Shown piece by piece: positions 19,045 through 29,221 of a stretch of DNA of 64,000 nt. This DNA comes from Candidatus Binatia bacterium (GTDB taxonomy: Bacteria > Desulfobacterota > Binatia > HRBIN30). The stretch is from assembly GCA_050015455.1 (NCBI GenBank), contig JBEKBJ010000007.1, forward strand, positions 11,876 through 75,875, written 5' to 3'. Made by a program: the position numbers and the translations under genes. Position 1 is the stretch's first letter, and the number at the start of each line of letters is the position of its first letter. The notes under the pieces are model-generated. The model did not search any database. It had not been told where the DNA came from and worked only from the letters and a program-made list of their open reading frames with translations.

Positions 19045-21676
19045 TTTGGTAGACGGCCTCCAGGGCTTCGCGCAGTTTGGCTGGATCTTTCCCGCCTGCC
19101 TGCGCCAGGTCAGGCTTGCCCCCACCGCCACCGCCGACCAAGGGGGCGATGCGCTTGATGATCTCACCGGCGTGGTAACGCTTCGTGAGGTCGCGGGTGA
19201 CGGCAGCCAGCAACAATGCCCGCTCGCCGCGGGTCGTCCCGAGCACGATCACGCCGGAGCCGATCTGCTCGCGCAAGCGGTCGGCGAGGTCGCGCAAGCC
19301 GCGATCGTCGGCGCCCTCGACCTCTGCGGCGAGCACGGTCACGCCATCAACTTGCCGCGCCTGACGCAATAGGTCATCGCTCTGCGAGCCCGCGAGCTTG
19401 CTTTGCAGCTGTTTCAACTGCCTCTCCAGCTCGCGCTGCTGTGCCACCAAGCGACCGACGCGCACCGCCACATCCTCCTCCGAGCCATGCAGCAGCTCGC
19501 CGATCGCGCGCAACTGCTGCTCGCGCCCGCGCAACCATCGCAGCGCGCCTTCGCCGCTCAGCGCTTCGACCCGGCGCACGCCGGCGGCCACACCGGTCTC
19601 GGCGCGCAGCTTGAACACTCCGATGTCGCCGGTGCGTTCCGCGTGCGTACCGCCGCAGAGCTCGATTGAATACTCCCCGGTGCGCACCACCCGAACGCGG
19701 TCGCCGTACTTGTCGCCGAAGAACGCCAGCGCGCCCATCTTGATGGCGTCCGGGTATGCCATCTCCTCGGTGCGCACGAGCGCATTCTCGCGGATGCGGG
19801 CGTTCACGTCTTCCTCGATGTCTCGCAGCTCCGGCTCCGCCACCGGGCCGTGGTAGTTAAAATCGAACCGTAGGCGGTCGGGTGCGACGAGCGAGCCGGC
19901 CTGGTGCACCTGCGTTCCCAAATGCTCGCGCAGAACGGCATGCAGGATGTGCGTGGCAGAGTGATTCAGCCGCGCTGCATCGCGCCGCGTGCGATCAATA
20001 CGCAGGCGCACGCGGTCGCCGGTGTGCAGCGCACCACGCACCACGGTGCCGATATGCACGGTGAGATCGGCGCGCGGCTTCTGCGCGTCGACCACCTCGA
20101 TCAGGTCCCCGGCTTCGCTCTCGATCACGCCGCGGTCTCCGACCTGGCCACCCGACTCCCCGTAGAAAGGGGTCTCCGGGACGATCACCTGCACCTGGTC
20201 GCCGGCACGGGCCTCGTCGCGTTCGGTGCCGTCGACGATGAGCGCCGCCACGCGCGTCTCGGACTCGTAGATGCGGTCGCCTACGAAGCGCGACGTGTAC
20301 GCACCGCCCCCAATCATGAGATCGACTCCCGTTTTGCGCGCTTCTCGCCCGCGTTGGCGCTGCTCCTCCATGCAGGCCTCGAAGCCGGCGATGTCGACAG
20401 TCATGCCCTTATCGCGAAGGATATCCTGGGTCATGTCGAGCGGGAAGCCGTAGGTATCGTAAAGCTTGAAGGCCGCCGCGCCGGGCAGCACCGCCCCTGG
20501 AATCGCTCGGTGCATAAAGCCTTCGAGAAACCGCTCTCCCGTCACCAGCGTCGCCTCGAATTTCAACATCTCGTCCCAGATGACCTGAGTGATCGTTTCT
20601 TTCTCGCGAATGAGTTCCTGGTAAGTGGCTCTCATTACTTGAACGACGCCCTCGCACGCCGTTACGAGCAAGTAGTCGATCATTCCTACACCGAGCCGTC
20701 GCGCATGGCGGGCTGCTCGGCGGATGAGCCGTCGCAAGACGTATTCTCGATCGGCGTTTCCGGGACGTAACCCCTCCGCGATCAGGAAGCTAATTGCTCT
20801 GGCGTGGTCGGCAATAGCACGATACGAAACGTCGCTGTCTGTTGACTCCCCGTAACGCTTTCGGTTGCCCACGCTAGTGACGATGCCTTCGATCCGCTCG
20901 ATGATCGTCTGAAACAGATCGGTGTCGTAGTTCGACTTCACACCCTGCAGGACGGCCGCCAGCCGCTCCAGACCGGCGCCCGTATCGACATGGCGCTCGG
21001 CGAGCGGCTCCAGGGTGCCGTCAGGCGTGCGGTTGTATTGGATGAAGACCAGGTTCCACAGCTCGATGAAGCGCGCGCAGCCGGCGTTGACAGCACAGAC
21101 ATGCCCCGGCACCTGGCGCATGTCGCAGGCCTCTGACCCGCGGTCGATGTGGATTTCGGAGCAAGGCCCGCACGGACCAACCTCGCCCATCTCCCAGAAA
21201 TTGTCCTTCTCACCAAAGCGCAAGATGTGCTTGGGGGCGATGTCGGTCTCTGAGCGCCAGCATTCCTCGGCCTCGTCGTCGGTTTCAAACACAGTGGCGT
21301 ACAGCTTGTCCTTTGGCAGCTTCCATTCCTTGGTGAACAGCTCCCAGGCCCACGCGATCGCCTCGCGCTTGTAGTAGTCGCCGAAAGACCAATTGCCGAG
21401 CATCTCGAAGAACGTGTGGTGGTAGGTGTCTCTGCCGACCTCCTCGAGATCGTTGTGCTTGCCGCTCAGGCGCAGGCACTTCTGCGAGTTCACGGCGCGG
21501 CGGCTGGCGCGCTTTTCGGTGCCGAGAAAGACGTTCTTGAACTGCACCATCCCAGCGTTGGTGAAGAGCAAGGTGGGATCTTTATCCGGCACCAAAGAGG
21601 CGCTCGGCACCACCTCGTGACCGCGGCGGCGGAAGAACTCGACAAAAGCAAAACGGATTTCCGCACCGGTCATCAT
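19034..21676 (-). CDS. alaS: Alanine--tRNA ligase
   Basis: LLFTNAGMVQFK, HHTFFEMLGNWSFGDY, NHSATH, ELCGGTH, GGGGGKPDLAQAGG. Confidence 0.98.
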   Translation of the reverse strand: MMTGAEIRFAFVEFFRRRGHEVVPSASLVPDKDPTLLFTNAGMVQFKNVFLGTEKRASRRAVNSQKCLRLSGKHNDLEEVGRDTYHHTFFEMLGNWSFGDYYKREAIAWAWELFTKEWKLPKDKLYATVFETDDEAEECWRSETDIAPKHILRFGEKDNFWEMGEVGPCGPCSEIHIDRGSEACDMRQVPGHVCAVNAGCARFIELWNLVFIQYNRTPDGTLEPLAERHVDTGAGLERLAAVLQGVKSNYDTDLFQTIIERIEGIVTSVGNRKRYGESTDSDVSYRAIADHARAISFLIAEGLRPGNADREYVLRRLIRRAARHARRLGVGMIDYLLVTACEGVVQVMRATYQELIREKETITQVIWDEMLKFEATLVTGERFLEGFMHRAIPGAVLPGAAAFKLYDTYGFPLDMTQDILRDKGMTVDIAGFEACMEEQRQRGREARKTGVDLMIGGGAYTSRFVGDRIYESETRVAALIVDGTERDEARAGDQVQVIVPETPFYGESGGQVGDRGVIESEAGDLIEVVDAQKPRADLTVHIGTVVRGALHTGDRVRLRIDRTRRDAARLNHSATHILHAVLREHLGTQVHQAGSLVAPDRLRFDFNYHGPVAEPELRDIEEDVNARIRENALVRTEEMAYPDAIKMGALAFFGDKYGDRVRVVRTGEYSIELCGGTHAERTGDIGVFKLRAETGVAAGVRRVEALSGEGALRWLRGREQQLRAIGELLHGSEEDVAVRVGRLVAQQRELERQLKQLQSKLAGSQSDDLLRQARQVDGVTVLAAEVEGADDRGLRDLADRLREQIGSGVIVLGTTRGERALLLAAVTRDLTKRYHAGEIIKRIAPLVGGGGGGKPDLAQAGGKDPAKLREALEAVYQIVS

Positions 21677-21686
21677 GCTCAGATCC

Positions 21687-22175
21687 TTAGCAGGCCTCGT
21701 CCAGAATGGCGAACACGACGGCCTCGGGAAAACCCCGGCGCAGCAGGAAGCGCGCGGCTTTGGCGCGTTCCGCCGGCTGTCGCGGCTGCTCCGGAAACTG
21801 TCGCGTCAGCGCTCGCCTGGCCAACTCAGCCTCGTCCTCAAAGCTAGCATGGAGAGCCTGCTCGATCACGTGCTCGGCAACCGCTTTGTGTTCCAATTGC
21901 GCCCGCACGTACTCGCTGCCGTAGCCGCGGCGCATCGCCTGCTCGGCCACGCCCAGCGCGAAGCGACGGTCGTCGAGATAGCGGAAGTGGCGCAAACGGC
22001 GCACGGCGACCGCGATGGTCGTGGCCGACTCCCCGCTGGCGGCGAGCCGGCTGCGGATCTCCTGCTCGCTGCGGTCGTGCACGGCCAGGAGACGGATGGC
22101 GCGGTCCCAGGCGCGGCCGGACGCCTCAGAAGCGGTCGATCTCGATCTTGGCTTTCGAGTCTCCAACCGAGTCAC
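21687..22175 (-). CDS. recX: Recombination regulator RecX
   Basis: AIRLLAVHDRSEQEIR, YLDDRRFA, RFLLRRGF; lies between recA/pilT and alaS; start uncertain. Confidence 0.88.
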   Translation of the reverse strand: MTRLETRKPRSRSTASEASGRAWDRAIRLLAVHDRSEQEIRSRLAASGESATTIAVAVRRLRHFRYLDDRRFALGVAEQAMRRGYGSEYVRAQLEHKAVAEHVIEQALHASFEDEAELARRALTRQFPEQPRQPAERAKAARFLLRRGFPEAVVFAILDEAC

Positions 22176-23280
22176 GGCGGTCGAAATCGTCCCAGCGGCT
22201 GTCGCTGGTGGAGGCGATGCCCCGCAACTTCAACTCGAAATCGGCGGGGTTGCTGGCGTTTGCCAGCGCCTCGGCGCGCGTGATCAAGCCACCTTTGAGC
22301 AGGCCCATGAGGGACTGATCGAACGTCTGCATACCGTAAGTCATGTGCCCTTGGGCAATCACCTCGCGCAGGTCGCGCAGCTTCTCCTTGTCGGCGATGT
22401 ACTCGCGCACCCGAGCCGTCGAGGCCAGCACCTCGACGGCGGGGACCATGCCGTCGCCGCTGGCCTGCGGGATGAGGCGCTGGCTGATCACGCCACGTAC
22501 CACGCTGGCGAGAATGAGGCGGGCTTGGTCACGCTGATGTTCCGGGAACGCACTGATGGCCCGGGTGATGGTTTCTGGTGCGTCAAGGGTGTGCAACGTG
22601 CTCATCACCAGATGCCCGGTCTCGGCCGCCATGATGGCCGTCTCGATGGTCTCGATATCGCGCATCTCACCGACCAGGATCACGTCCGGGTTCTGGCGCA
22701 AGGCCGCCTTGAGCGCGCCCGCAAAACTCACCGCGTCGAAGCCGACCTCGCGCTGGTTCACGAAGCTGAGGCGATCGGTGTGCACGTACTCGATCGGATC
22801 TTCGATCGTGATGATATGACAGCGGCGGGTCTGGTTGATGTGATCGATCATGGCCGCCAGAGTGGTGCTCTTCCCACTGCCTGTGGTGCCGGTGACCAGG
22901 ACGAGACCACGACGGTCGTTGGCGATCTGTTCCACCACCGGCGGCAGGTTGAGCTCGCTCACCGAGCGGATGTAGGAAGGGATGACGCGGATGACGGCGC
23001 TCAGCTCTCCACGTTGCCGAAAGACGTTGACGCGAAACCGCCCGAGATCCGCCGTGTCGTAGGCGAGGTCGGCTTGCAGCTCGATGGCGAGCCGTTTGCG
23101 ATGGAAGTCGTCGAGCAGTTCGTCGACCGCACGCTCCAGGCAGTCATGGTTCATTGGAGCAGCGCCGGGCAACGGCACGAGGTCACCGTGTATCCGCACC
23201 GCTGGGGGCGCGGCGATCTTGAGCAAAACGTCTGAAGCACCTATGCGAACGGCCGTGCGCAGAATGTCTTGAAGGTCCAT
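22126..23280 (-). CDS. Type IV pilus retraction ATPase, PilT/PilU family
   Basis: TGTTGSGKSTT, TIEDPIE, ALRQNPDVILVGEMRD, STLHT, GMQTFDQSL; lacks canonical AIRNLIRE. Confidence 0.92.
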   Translation of the reverse strand: MDLQDILRTAVRIGASDVLLKIAAPPAVRIHGDLVPLPGAAPMNHDCLERAVDELLDDFHRKRLAIELQADLAYDTADLGRFRVNVFRQRGELSAVIRVIPSYIRSVSELNLPPVVEQIANDRRGLVLVTGTTGSGKSTTLAAMIDHINQTRRCHIITIEDPIEYVHTDRLSFVNQREVGFDAVSFAGALKAALRQNPDVILVGEMRDIETIETAIMAAETGHLVMSTLHTLDAPETITRAISAFPEHQRDQARLILASVVRGVISQRLIPQASGDGMVPAVEVLASTARVREYIADKEKLRDLREVIAQGHMTYGMQTFDQSLMGLLKGGLITRAEALANASNPADFELKLRGIASTSDSRWDDFDRRDSVGDSKAKIEIDRF

Positions 23281-23475
23281 CCTCAAGTTACCGCCTCACC
23301 ACCGCTCAGCGTGATTCGTGCCAGCGCTCGCTCGCTGAATCGGCGAAGGACATTGCGGGGAATCAGCCCCCGTTCTGAATCGGGCGACTTACTTTTTTGT
23401 CGAGAGCGCTCTTCACGCCACGCCTTCAGGAGGCCGCAGGAGTGCGGCTTCGGTGTGAACGCCGGGGCGCAACCC

Positions 23476-24576
23476 TCACGTCGCTCTGGGCCCCTTCCTT
23501 GCGTCGGACTTGGGCGATTCGGGGCGGGCCGTTTGCGCTTCAGGTGTGGGCTTGCTGTCTTCGGTTCCACCGTTGCGGGCGATGCCGAAGTGGGTGCGGA
23601 TCTTGCGTTCGATCGCCTGCGCGATTTCGGCGTGCTCTCGCAAGAAGTCCTTGGTGTTTTCGCGGCCCTGGCCGATGCGGTCGTTCTCGAAGGCGTACCA
23701 AGCACCGCTCTTTTCGAGGATGCCGCACTCGGCACCCAGGTCGACTAGCTCCCCCTCATGTGAGATGCCCGAGCCGTAGAGGAGATCGAACTCGGTGTCT
23801 TTGAACGGTGGCGCGACCTTGTTTTTCACCACCCGGACCCTGGTGCGGCTGCCGATGACATTATCGCCCTGTTTGATGGCGCCGACGCGACGGATGTCGA
23901 GGCGGACAGACGAGTAGAACTTCAGCGCGTTGCCGCCCGTCGTGGTCTCAGGGTTGCCGAACATGACGCCGATCTTCATCCGGATCTGGTTGATGAAGAT
24001 GAGGATAGTGTGCGAGCGCGAGATGGTGGCCGTAAGCTTGCGTAGCGCTTGCGACATCAGGCGTGCTTGTAATCCCATCTGCGGCTCGCCCATCTCGCCT
24101 TCGAGTTCCGCTCGGGGCACCAGGGCCGCGACGGAATCGATCACCAGAGTATCAACGGCGCCGCTGCGCACCAAAGTCTCAGCGATTTCCAGGGCTTGCT
24201 CGCCATTGTCCGGCTGCGAGATGAGCAGCTCTTCGGTTTTGACGCCGAGGCGGCGGGCGTAGCTGACATCGAGGGCGTGCTCGGCATCGATGAAGGCGCC
24301 GATGCCGCCGGCTTTCTGCGCCTGCGCGACCACCTGCAAAGCCAGCGTCGTCTTGCCCGAGGCCTCGGGACCGTAGATCTCGACCACGCGGCCGCGCGGG
24401 AGCCCGCCCACGCCCAAAGCCAGGTCGAGTCCAAGTGATCCGGTGGAGATCACGGCGATGTCGCGCATGTGCGCCTGCTCGCCGAGCTTCATGATGGCAC
24501 CCTTGCCGAACTGCTTCTCGATCTGGCTGACGGCCAGATCAAGCGCCCGCACGCGGTTGGGATCCATTGTCGTCAT
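23476..24576 (-). CDS. recA: Recombinase A
   Basis: [46 protein letters not shown]. Confidence 0.99.
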   Translation of the reverse strand: MTTMDPNRVRALDLAVSQIEKQFGKGAIMKLGEQAHMRDIAVISTGSLGLDLALGVGGLPRGRVVEIYGPEASGKTTLALQVVAQAQKAGGIGAFIDAEHALDVSYARRLGVKTEELLISQPDNGEQALEIAETLVRSGAVDTLVIDSVAALVPRAELEGEMGEPQMGLQARLMSQALRKLTATISRSHTILIFINQIRMKIGVMFGNPETTTGGNALKFYSSVRLDIRRVGAIKQGDNVIGSRTRVRVVKNKVAPPFKDTEFDLLYGSGISHEGELVDLGAECGILEKSGAWYAFENDRIGQGRENTKDFLREHAEIAQAIERKIRTHFGIARNGGTEDSKPTPEAQTARPESPKSDARKGPRAT

Positions 24577-25168
24577 CGCGTCCCCCTTTATTCCGGCTGA
24601 GCGGAATTGTCCACAGCGGCGTGTACACTGCGCCCTCAGGTCGCAGCGTGCTGCGGTAAATTGTCACTGCATCGACGATACATTCTCCGAAGTCATCCGA
24701 CAGATGAGTCTTGAACAATCCCTCCACGCCTGACCACCCGCGCATGCCGTTCACACGGCCCAGGGTCGCGTGGGGAGTGAAGGCGCGCTTCTCCGGCTCG
24801 AATCCCACATGGTTCACCGCCTCCTCGACATGCGCTGCCAACTCCGCAAGTCCCTCGCTCTCGAGGCCGACCCACAGCACACGCGGCCGACGCAGGCTGG
24901 GGAAGGCGCCCAGACCGTGTACCCGCATGGGCAATGCCGGCTGATTGTCGACGGCGGCAGCAAGCGCAGTATGAACCCGCTCCAAGCGCGCCGGATCGAC
25001 CCAACCCAGGAACTTGAGAGTCACGTGCATGCCTTCCGCTCGCACCCACCGGACATCGCATTTCAGCCGCCGGAACTGTTCCAACAAGCGGCCCAGTGCG
25101 GCACGCACCGGTGGGCTGAGATCGACGGCGATGAAGCTGCGGACCTTTCCTTCTTCGGCTGCAGGCAT
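24539..25168 (-). CDS. thpR: RNA 2',3'-cyclic phosphodiesterase
   Basis: RSFIAV, two HxT motifs ([15 protein letters not shown]); upstream of recA. Confidence 0.9.
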   Translation of the reverse strand: MPAAEEGKVRSFIAVDLSPPVRAALGRLLEQFRRLKCDVRWVRAEGMHVTLKFLGWVDPARLERVHTALAAAVDNQPALPMRVHGLGAFPSLRRPRVLWVGLESEGLAELAAHVEEAVNHVGFEPEKRAFTPHATLGRVNGMRGWSGVEGLFKTHLSDDFGECIVDAVTIYRSTLRPEGAVYTPLWTIPLSRNKGGRDDDNGSQPRAGA

Positions 25169-25268
25169 ATACGTGGTCGGTAACGTAGTACACAGCGCCC
25201 TAGGAATCCACCGGCCGCGGCACTTCCTCTTCTCCTCTACCCCCCGGAGATCTTCTCCAGAGGCCGCC

Positions 25269-25387
25269 CTTCGAGACGCCGCCAGAAGAAGGCGGCTCCT
25301 CAGGGCGAGCGGAAGATTGTCCTTCTGATGCAATGACAACACCGCTCGGGCTGAGGAGGTCCCGTCTTTCCGGGGGCCGTCTCGAAG
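25269..25387. repeat. Inverted pair of REP-like palindromic units
   Basis: CTTCGAGACG..CTCCTCAG..CGAGCGG (25269-25312) mirrored by CCGCTCG..CTGAGGAG..CGTCTCGAAG (25342-25387); each arm has its own small hairpin. Confidence 0.75.
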
Positions 25388-25433
25388 CCCGCCCGCTTAG
25401 CTCATCAGCACTCTGTCTCGGAGAGCGCCACGG

Positions 25434-26717
25434 CTACCGCTTCGAGATGCCCGACTCGCTTGGGTCCAGGCCCAGCAAGTGGCGCCGCACCCAATCGAGC
25501 GCGATCTGGGACGAAAGTAGCTTCACCCAATCGCGCGTGCCCCACAGTTGATAGCGGCGGCGATATACTGTCGTCGCCATCGCCAGGGCGAAGCACACCG
25601 TCCCGACGGGCTTGTCGGGCGTGCCGCCCTCGGGGCCGGCGATGCCGGTGATGGCGAGGCCGAGGTCGGCACCAAGGACGCGGCGCACACCCGCGGCCAT
25701 CTCCATCGCTGTCTCTTCGCTCACCGCTCCGTGCTGCGCGAGGGTCTCAGCGCGCACGCCAAGGCTCTGCTGTTTTACCTCGTTCGAGTAGGCGACGATG
25801 CCGCCTTTGAAGTAGTTCGAGCTGCCCGGAACGTTGGTCATGCGGTGGCCGACGAGCCCGCCGGTGCACGACTCGGCCAACGCGATCGTCATCTGGCGAT
25901 CCGTCAGCATGCTGCCCACCACCGCCTCCATGGTCGTATCGCCCTCGCCATAGGCACAGCCACCGATGCGCTGGCGCAGTCGCGCGCTCAGCTCTTCGAG
26001 ACGCTGCGGCACCAGCGCCGGTGGGCCATGCACCGTCAGCCGAACGGAGATCTGTGGAAAGGCGGCTCGGAAAGCGATGCGGCCCTCCTGCGGCGCAACG
26101 CAGCCGGCGACCAGCTCGTCCAGCGCCGACTCGCTAAGACCGAAGGTTTGGAACACTTGGCTGAGGTAGATCTCGTTACCCCCACGTGCCTCTTGTAGCC
26201 AGGGGAGCACCTGCTCCTCGATCATTGGCTTCATTTCCCGCGGCACACCCGGCAGCACGATCAGATGGCGCGGCCCGTACTCGCTGGCCAGATCGAGACG
26301 AAATCCGGGCGCCGTGCCGAGCGCGTTCGGGATGATCACCGCTCCCTCGGGGAACTGTGCCTGCTTGAGGTTGTTCTCCGGCATCACGCGGCCCATGGCC
26401 TCGAACATGCGTCGGATGCGGTCGGCCACTTCTTGGTCGACCAAGAGCTGCCGCCCGGTCACCTGCGCCACGGTCTCGGTGGTCAGGTCGTCCGCCGTCG
26501 GCCCGAGACCGCCGGTGGAGATGACGACATCAGCCAGCCGGATGGCCTCTCGCCAGGCCCAGGCGAGGCGCTCGGCGTAGTCGCCAACGACAACGATGGC
26601 GACCACGTCGAGCCCCGCGGCGACCAGCTTGTCGGCGATGAAGTTGGCGTTGGTGTCGAGTGTCCGCCCGGTGGTGATCTCGTCACCGGTGCTGAGAATG
26701 GCGGCTTTCTCGATCAT
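25434..26717 (-). CDS. cinA: Competence/damage-inducible protein CinA (MocF-like + PncC domains)
   Basis: TGDEITTGRTLDTN, TGGLGPTADDLT, LPGVPREM, AESCTGG, ITGIAGPEGG. Confidence 0.95.
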   Translation of the reverse strand: MIEKAAILSTGDEITTGRTLDTNANFIADKLVAAGLDVVAIVVVGDYAERLAWAWREAIRLADVVISTGGLGPTADDLTTETVAQVTGRQLLVDQEVADRIRRMFEAMGRVMPENNLKQAQFPEGAVIIPNALGTAPGFRLDLASEYGPRHLIVLPGVPREMKPMIEEQVLPWLQEARGGNEIYLSQVFQTFGLSESALDELVAGCVAPQEGRIAFRAAFPQISVRLTVHGPPALVPQRLEELSARLRQRIGGCAYGEGDTTMEAVVGSMLTDRQMTIALAESCTGGLVGHRMTNVPGSSNYFKGGIVAYSNEVKQQSLGVRAETLAQHGAVSEETAMEMAAGVRRVLGADLGLAITGIAGPEGGTPDKPVGTVCFALAMATTVYRRRYQLWGTRDWVKLLSSQIALDWVRRHLLGLDPSESGISKR

Positions 26718-27181
26718 AGCGGCAAGCCTACCGCGAGGAGCACGCGTAACGCCAGATTGCTGTAGATGCCGGAGACCACGTCGTCCAGCACGACCCCGGC
26801 GCCGCCTGGTGCGTGCTTGTCGATGTACCCTGCCGGATACGGTTTGATCACATCGAGCGCGCGAAAGATCACGAACGCCGCCAGCGCATGCCGCCAGGTC
26901 GGCGTGAAGAACAGCGTCGCCGCGAGGTAGCCGACAACCTCGTCAATCACGATTTTGTGGCTGTCGTGCTCCTGCAAATAGATCTCGGCCAGCCCCGCAA
27001 TCCAGCAGGCCGCGGCAACCGACCCCAGGTAGGTGAGCACGTATAGCGGCACCGACGTCGCCCGCAGGGCGTCGAACCCCCAAAACATCGGGATGGCAAC
27101 CAGCGAGCCGAACGTACCGGATGCGACCGGGATGTAGCCGACGTAACCGGCGGAGGCGAGGAAGAGGATGAGAGCGCGCAT
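26714..27181 (-). CDS. pgpA: Phosphatidylglycerophosphatase A
   Basis: PVASGTFGSL, HDSHKIVIDEVVG, FRALDVIKP, GVVLDDVVSG. Confidence 0.93.
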   Translation of the reverse strand: MRALILFLASAGYVGYIPVASGTFGSLVAIPMFWGFDALRATSVPLYVLTYLGSVAAACWIAGLAEIYLQEHDSHKIVIDEVVGYLAATLFFTPTWRHALAAFVIFRALDVIKPYPAGYIDKHAPGGAGVVLDDVVSGIYSNLALRVLLAVGLPL

Positions 27182-27197
27182 GGAGGTGCGTACGGCC

Positions 27198-27389
27198 TCA
27201 GACTCGGAACCTGAACGGGTAACCGTACCAATCCAGCAGCGGCGGCGCGAGGGCCTGCATGGCGGCGATGAGTCGCACCCCTCCAGGTACGTACACGCGT
27301 CGCCGATGCCAAATGACGGCTGCCAGGGTTTTGCGTACGACGACCGCCGGCTGGATCGGGCACCCTTGCTTCAAAGTCGCATTCGCCAT
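27198..27389 (-). pseudogene. Possible C-terminal remnant of an SDR-like oxidoreductase
   Basis: PAVVVRKTLAAVIWHRRRVYVPGGVRLIAAMQALAPPLLDWY resembles SDR C-termini; no N-terminal Rossmann part. Confidence 0.35.
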
Positions 27390-27516
27390 GCGCGAGACAT
27401 ACCACAATCCACAATGACTGTCCGGCCTACAGGTTATTTCATCGCCGCCGCAAGCCCTGGCCAGTTGCCGGTCCTTTTCCGCTGCTCTCATCGTGTGTAG
27501 TGTACGGTGTGCGGCC

Positions 27517-28599
27517 ATGAGAGACGTTCTTCCGGAGCTGGACCGCTGGGCAGCGGACCGCGAAGAGATGGCGCTCGCAACCCTCGTGCGCGTACGCGGG
27601 TCCGCGCCGCGGCTGCCCGGCGCTCGCTTGTGGGTGACGCGCAGCGGGCGCATGGTGGGCTCGGTCAGCGGCGGCTGCGTTGAGAGCGACGTGTTCGAGC
27701 GCGCCATGCAGGTGCTGGACAGCGGCCAGCCCATGGTGGCGAGCTACGGCATCGCAGACGAGGTGGCTTTCGAAGTCGGCCTGAGCTGCGGCGGTACGAT
27801 CGATGTGCTGATCGAGCCGTTTGTTGCCAATGAGACCTGGCTGGCGCTGAGGCAAGCCGTGGAGCGCCAATGCCCCGCGGTGTTGGCGATCGGCCTGAGC
27901 CCGCCCGCCTTCCTGGGCCGCAAGTTGGTGTTGTGGGACGACGACACGGCGGTGGGCTCGATCGATGCGAAACTCGATGCTCCACTAATGATCGAAGCGC
28001 GGTGTGCGCTGCGGGAAGTCTGGACGCGGATCGTGACCTTCCCGTGGCAAGGCGAAGAGGCCAGCATCTTTCTTGAAGCGTTCACACCACAGCCCCGGCT
28101 GTTCATTGTCGGCGCGACACACATCGCCATGGTGTTGTGCCGCATGGCGAAGGAGTTGGGCTTTCGCAGCACCATCATCGATGCCCGCGGTCTGTTCGCC
28201 ACCCGCGAGCGCTTCCTCGACGCCGACGAGATATTCCCGGCCGGTCCCGCAGAGGTACTGGACCGCGTCCGTCTCGACGCGTACTCGTACGTGGTCATTC
28301 TCACGCATGATCCCAAGTTCGACATCCCGGCGTTGGCGCGGGCGTTGCGTTCCGAGGCGCGCTACATCGGCGTAATGGGCAATCGCACTACGCACGGGCG
28401 GCGGAAGGTGGTGCTGCAAGAGGAGGGCTTCACTGCGGGTGATCTCGACCGCATTCGCGCGCCGATCGGGCTGGATCTTGGCGCCCGCACCCCCGAGGAG
28501 ATCGCCCTTGCCATCCTCGCCGAAATGGTCGCGGTTCGAAACGGGACGGACGGCAGGCCACTGTGCGAGAGAAGGGGCACCATCCATGGGAGCGATTGA
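27517..28599 (+). CDS. XdhC/CoxI molybdoenzyme maturation factor
   Basis: GSAPRLPGA, GSVSGGCVE, GLSCGGTID, LTHDPKFD, APIGLDLGARTPEEIALAI. Confidence 0.93.
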   Translation: MRDVLPELDRWAADREEMALATLVRVRGSAPRLPGARLWVTRSGRMVGSVSGGCVESDVFERAMQVLDSGQPMVASYGIADEVAFEVGLSCGGTIDVLIEPFVANETWLALRQAVERQCPAVLAIGLSPPAFLGRKLVLWDDDTAVGSIDAKLDAPLMIEARCALREVWTRIVTFPWQGEEASIFLEAFTPQPRLFIVGATHIAMVLCRMAKELGFRSTIIDARGLFATRERFLDADEIFPAGPAEVLDRVRLDAYSYVVILTHDPKFDIPALARALRSEARYIGVMGNRTTHGRRKVVLQEEGFTAGDLDRIRAPIGLDLGARTPEEIALAILAEMVAVRNGTDGRPLCERRGTIHGSD

Positions 28600-29221
28600 G
28601 GCCCGCCCGTTTCTCTCCGGCATCATCCTGGCCGCCGGAGCATCCACACGCATGGGCCGCCCGAAGCAGTTGTTGCCGCTCGGCGGTCGGTGCTTGCTCC
28701 AACGCGTGATCGATGCGGCAGTGGATTCCTGCCTCGATGAGATCGTCGTTGTCCTCGGGCACCACGCCGAGGAAATCCGAGAGGCGCTTCAGCTTCCGGC
28801 GGGGCGCGCGGTCCGCATCGTTGTGGCCCCCGACTGCGCGCTCGGGCAGAGTGAATCCCTGCGCGCGGGGTTGCGTGCGGCCAACTCCCAAGCGAGTGCG
28901 GCAGCGATCCTCCTCGGTGATCAGCCAGGGATCACAGGTGAGCTCATCGACCGACTGGCGACCGACTGCTCGGCAGGCAGCGCCCCCATAGTCCGGCCGG
29001 TGTACGACAGCGGTGGAGCCCACGTGCCCGGTCACCCGGTCTTCCTCGCCCGCCGGATCTGGCCTGCGGTGGAGAAATTGCAAGGCGATCAGGGCGCGCG
29101 CGTCTTGATCCGCGCACACCCTGAGTGGGTGACAGAGATTCCGATCGCCGGTGAACCGCCGCACGACATCAACACCGACGAGGACTACCGGCACGCATTC
29201 GCGATCCGATTTGCGCCATGA
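28586..29221 (+). CDS. mocA: Molybdenum cofactor cytidylyltransferase-like NTP transferase
   Basis: ILAAGASTRMGRPKQLL, LGDQP, GHPV, GDQGAR, DINT; coupled to xdhC. Confidence 0.8.
   Translation: MGAIEARPFLSGIILAAGASTRMGRPKQLLPLGGRCLLQRVIDAAVDSCLDEIVVVLGHHAEEIREALQLPAGRAVRIVVAPDCALGQSESLRAGLRAANSQASAAAILLGDQPGITGELIDRLATDCSAGSAPIVRPVYDSGGAHVPGHPVFLARRIWPAVEKLQGDQGARVLIRAHPEWVTEIPIAGEPPHDINTDEDYRHAFAIRFAP

Noticed and set aside
25170-25200. LexA/SOS box upstream of thpR-recA
   Set aside because: No convincing match to the LexA motifs I know (CTG-N10-CAG, GAAC-N4-GTTC, GTTC-N7-GTTC).
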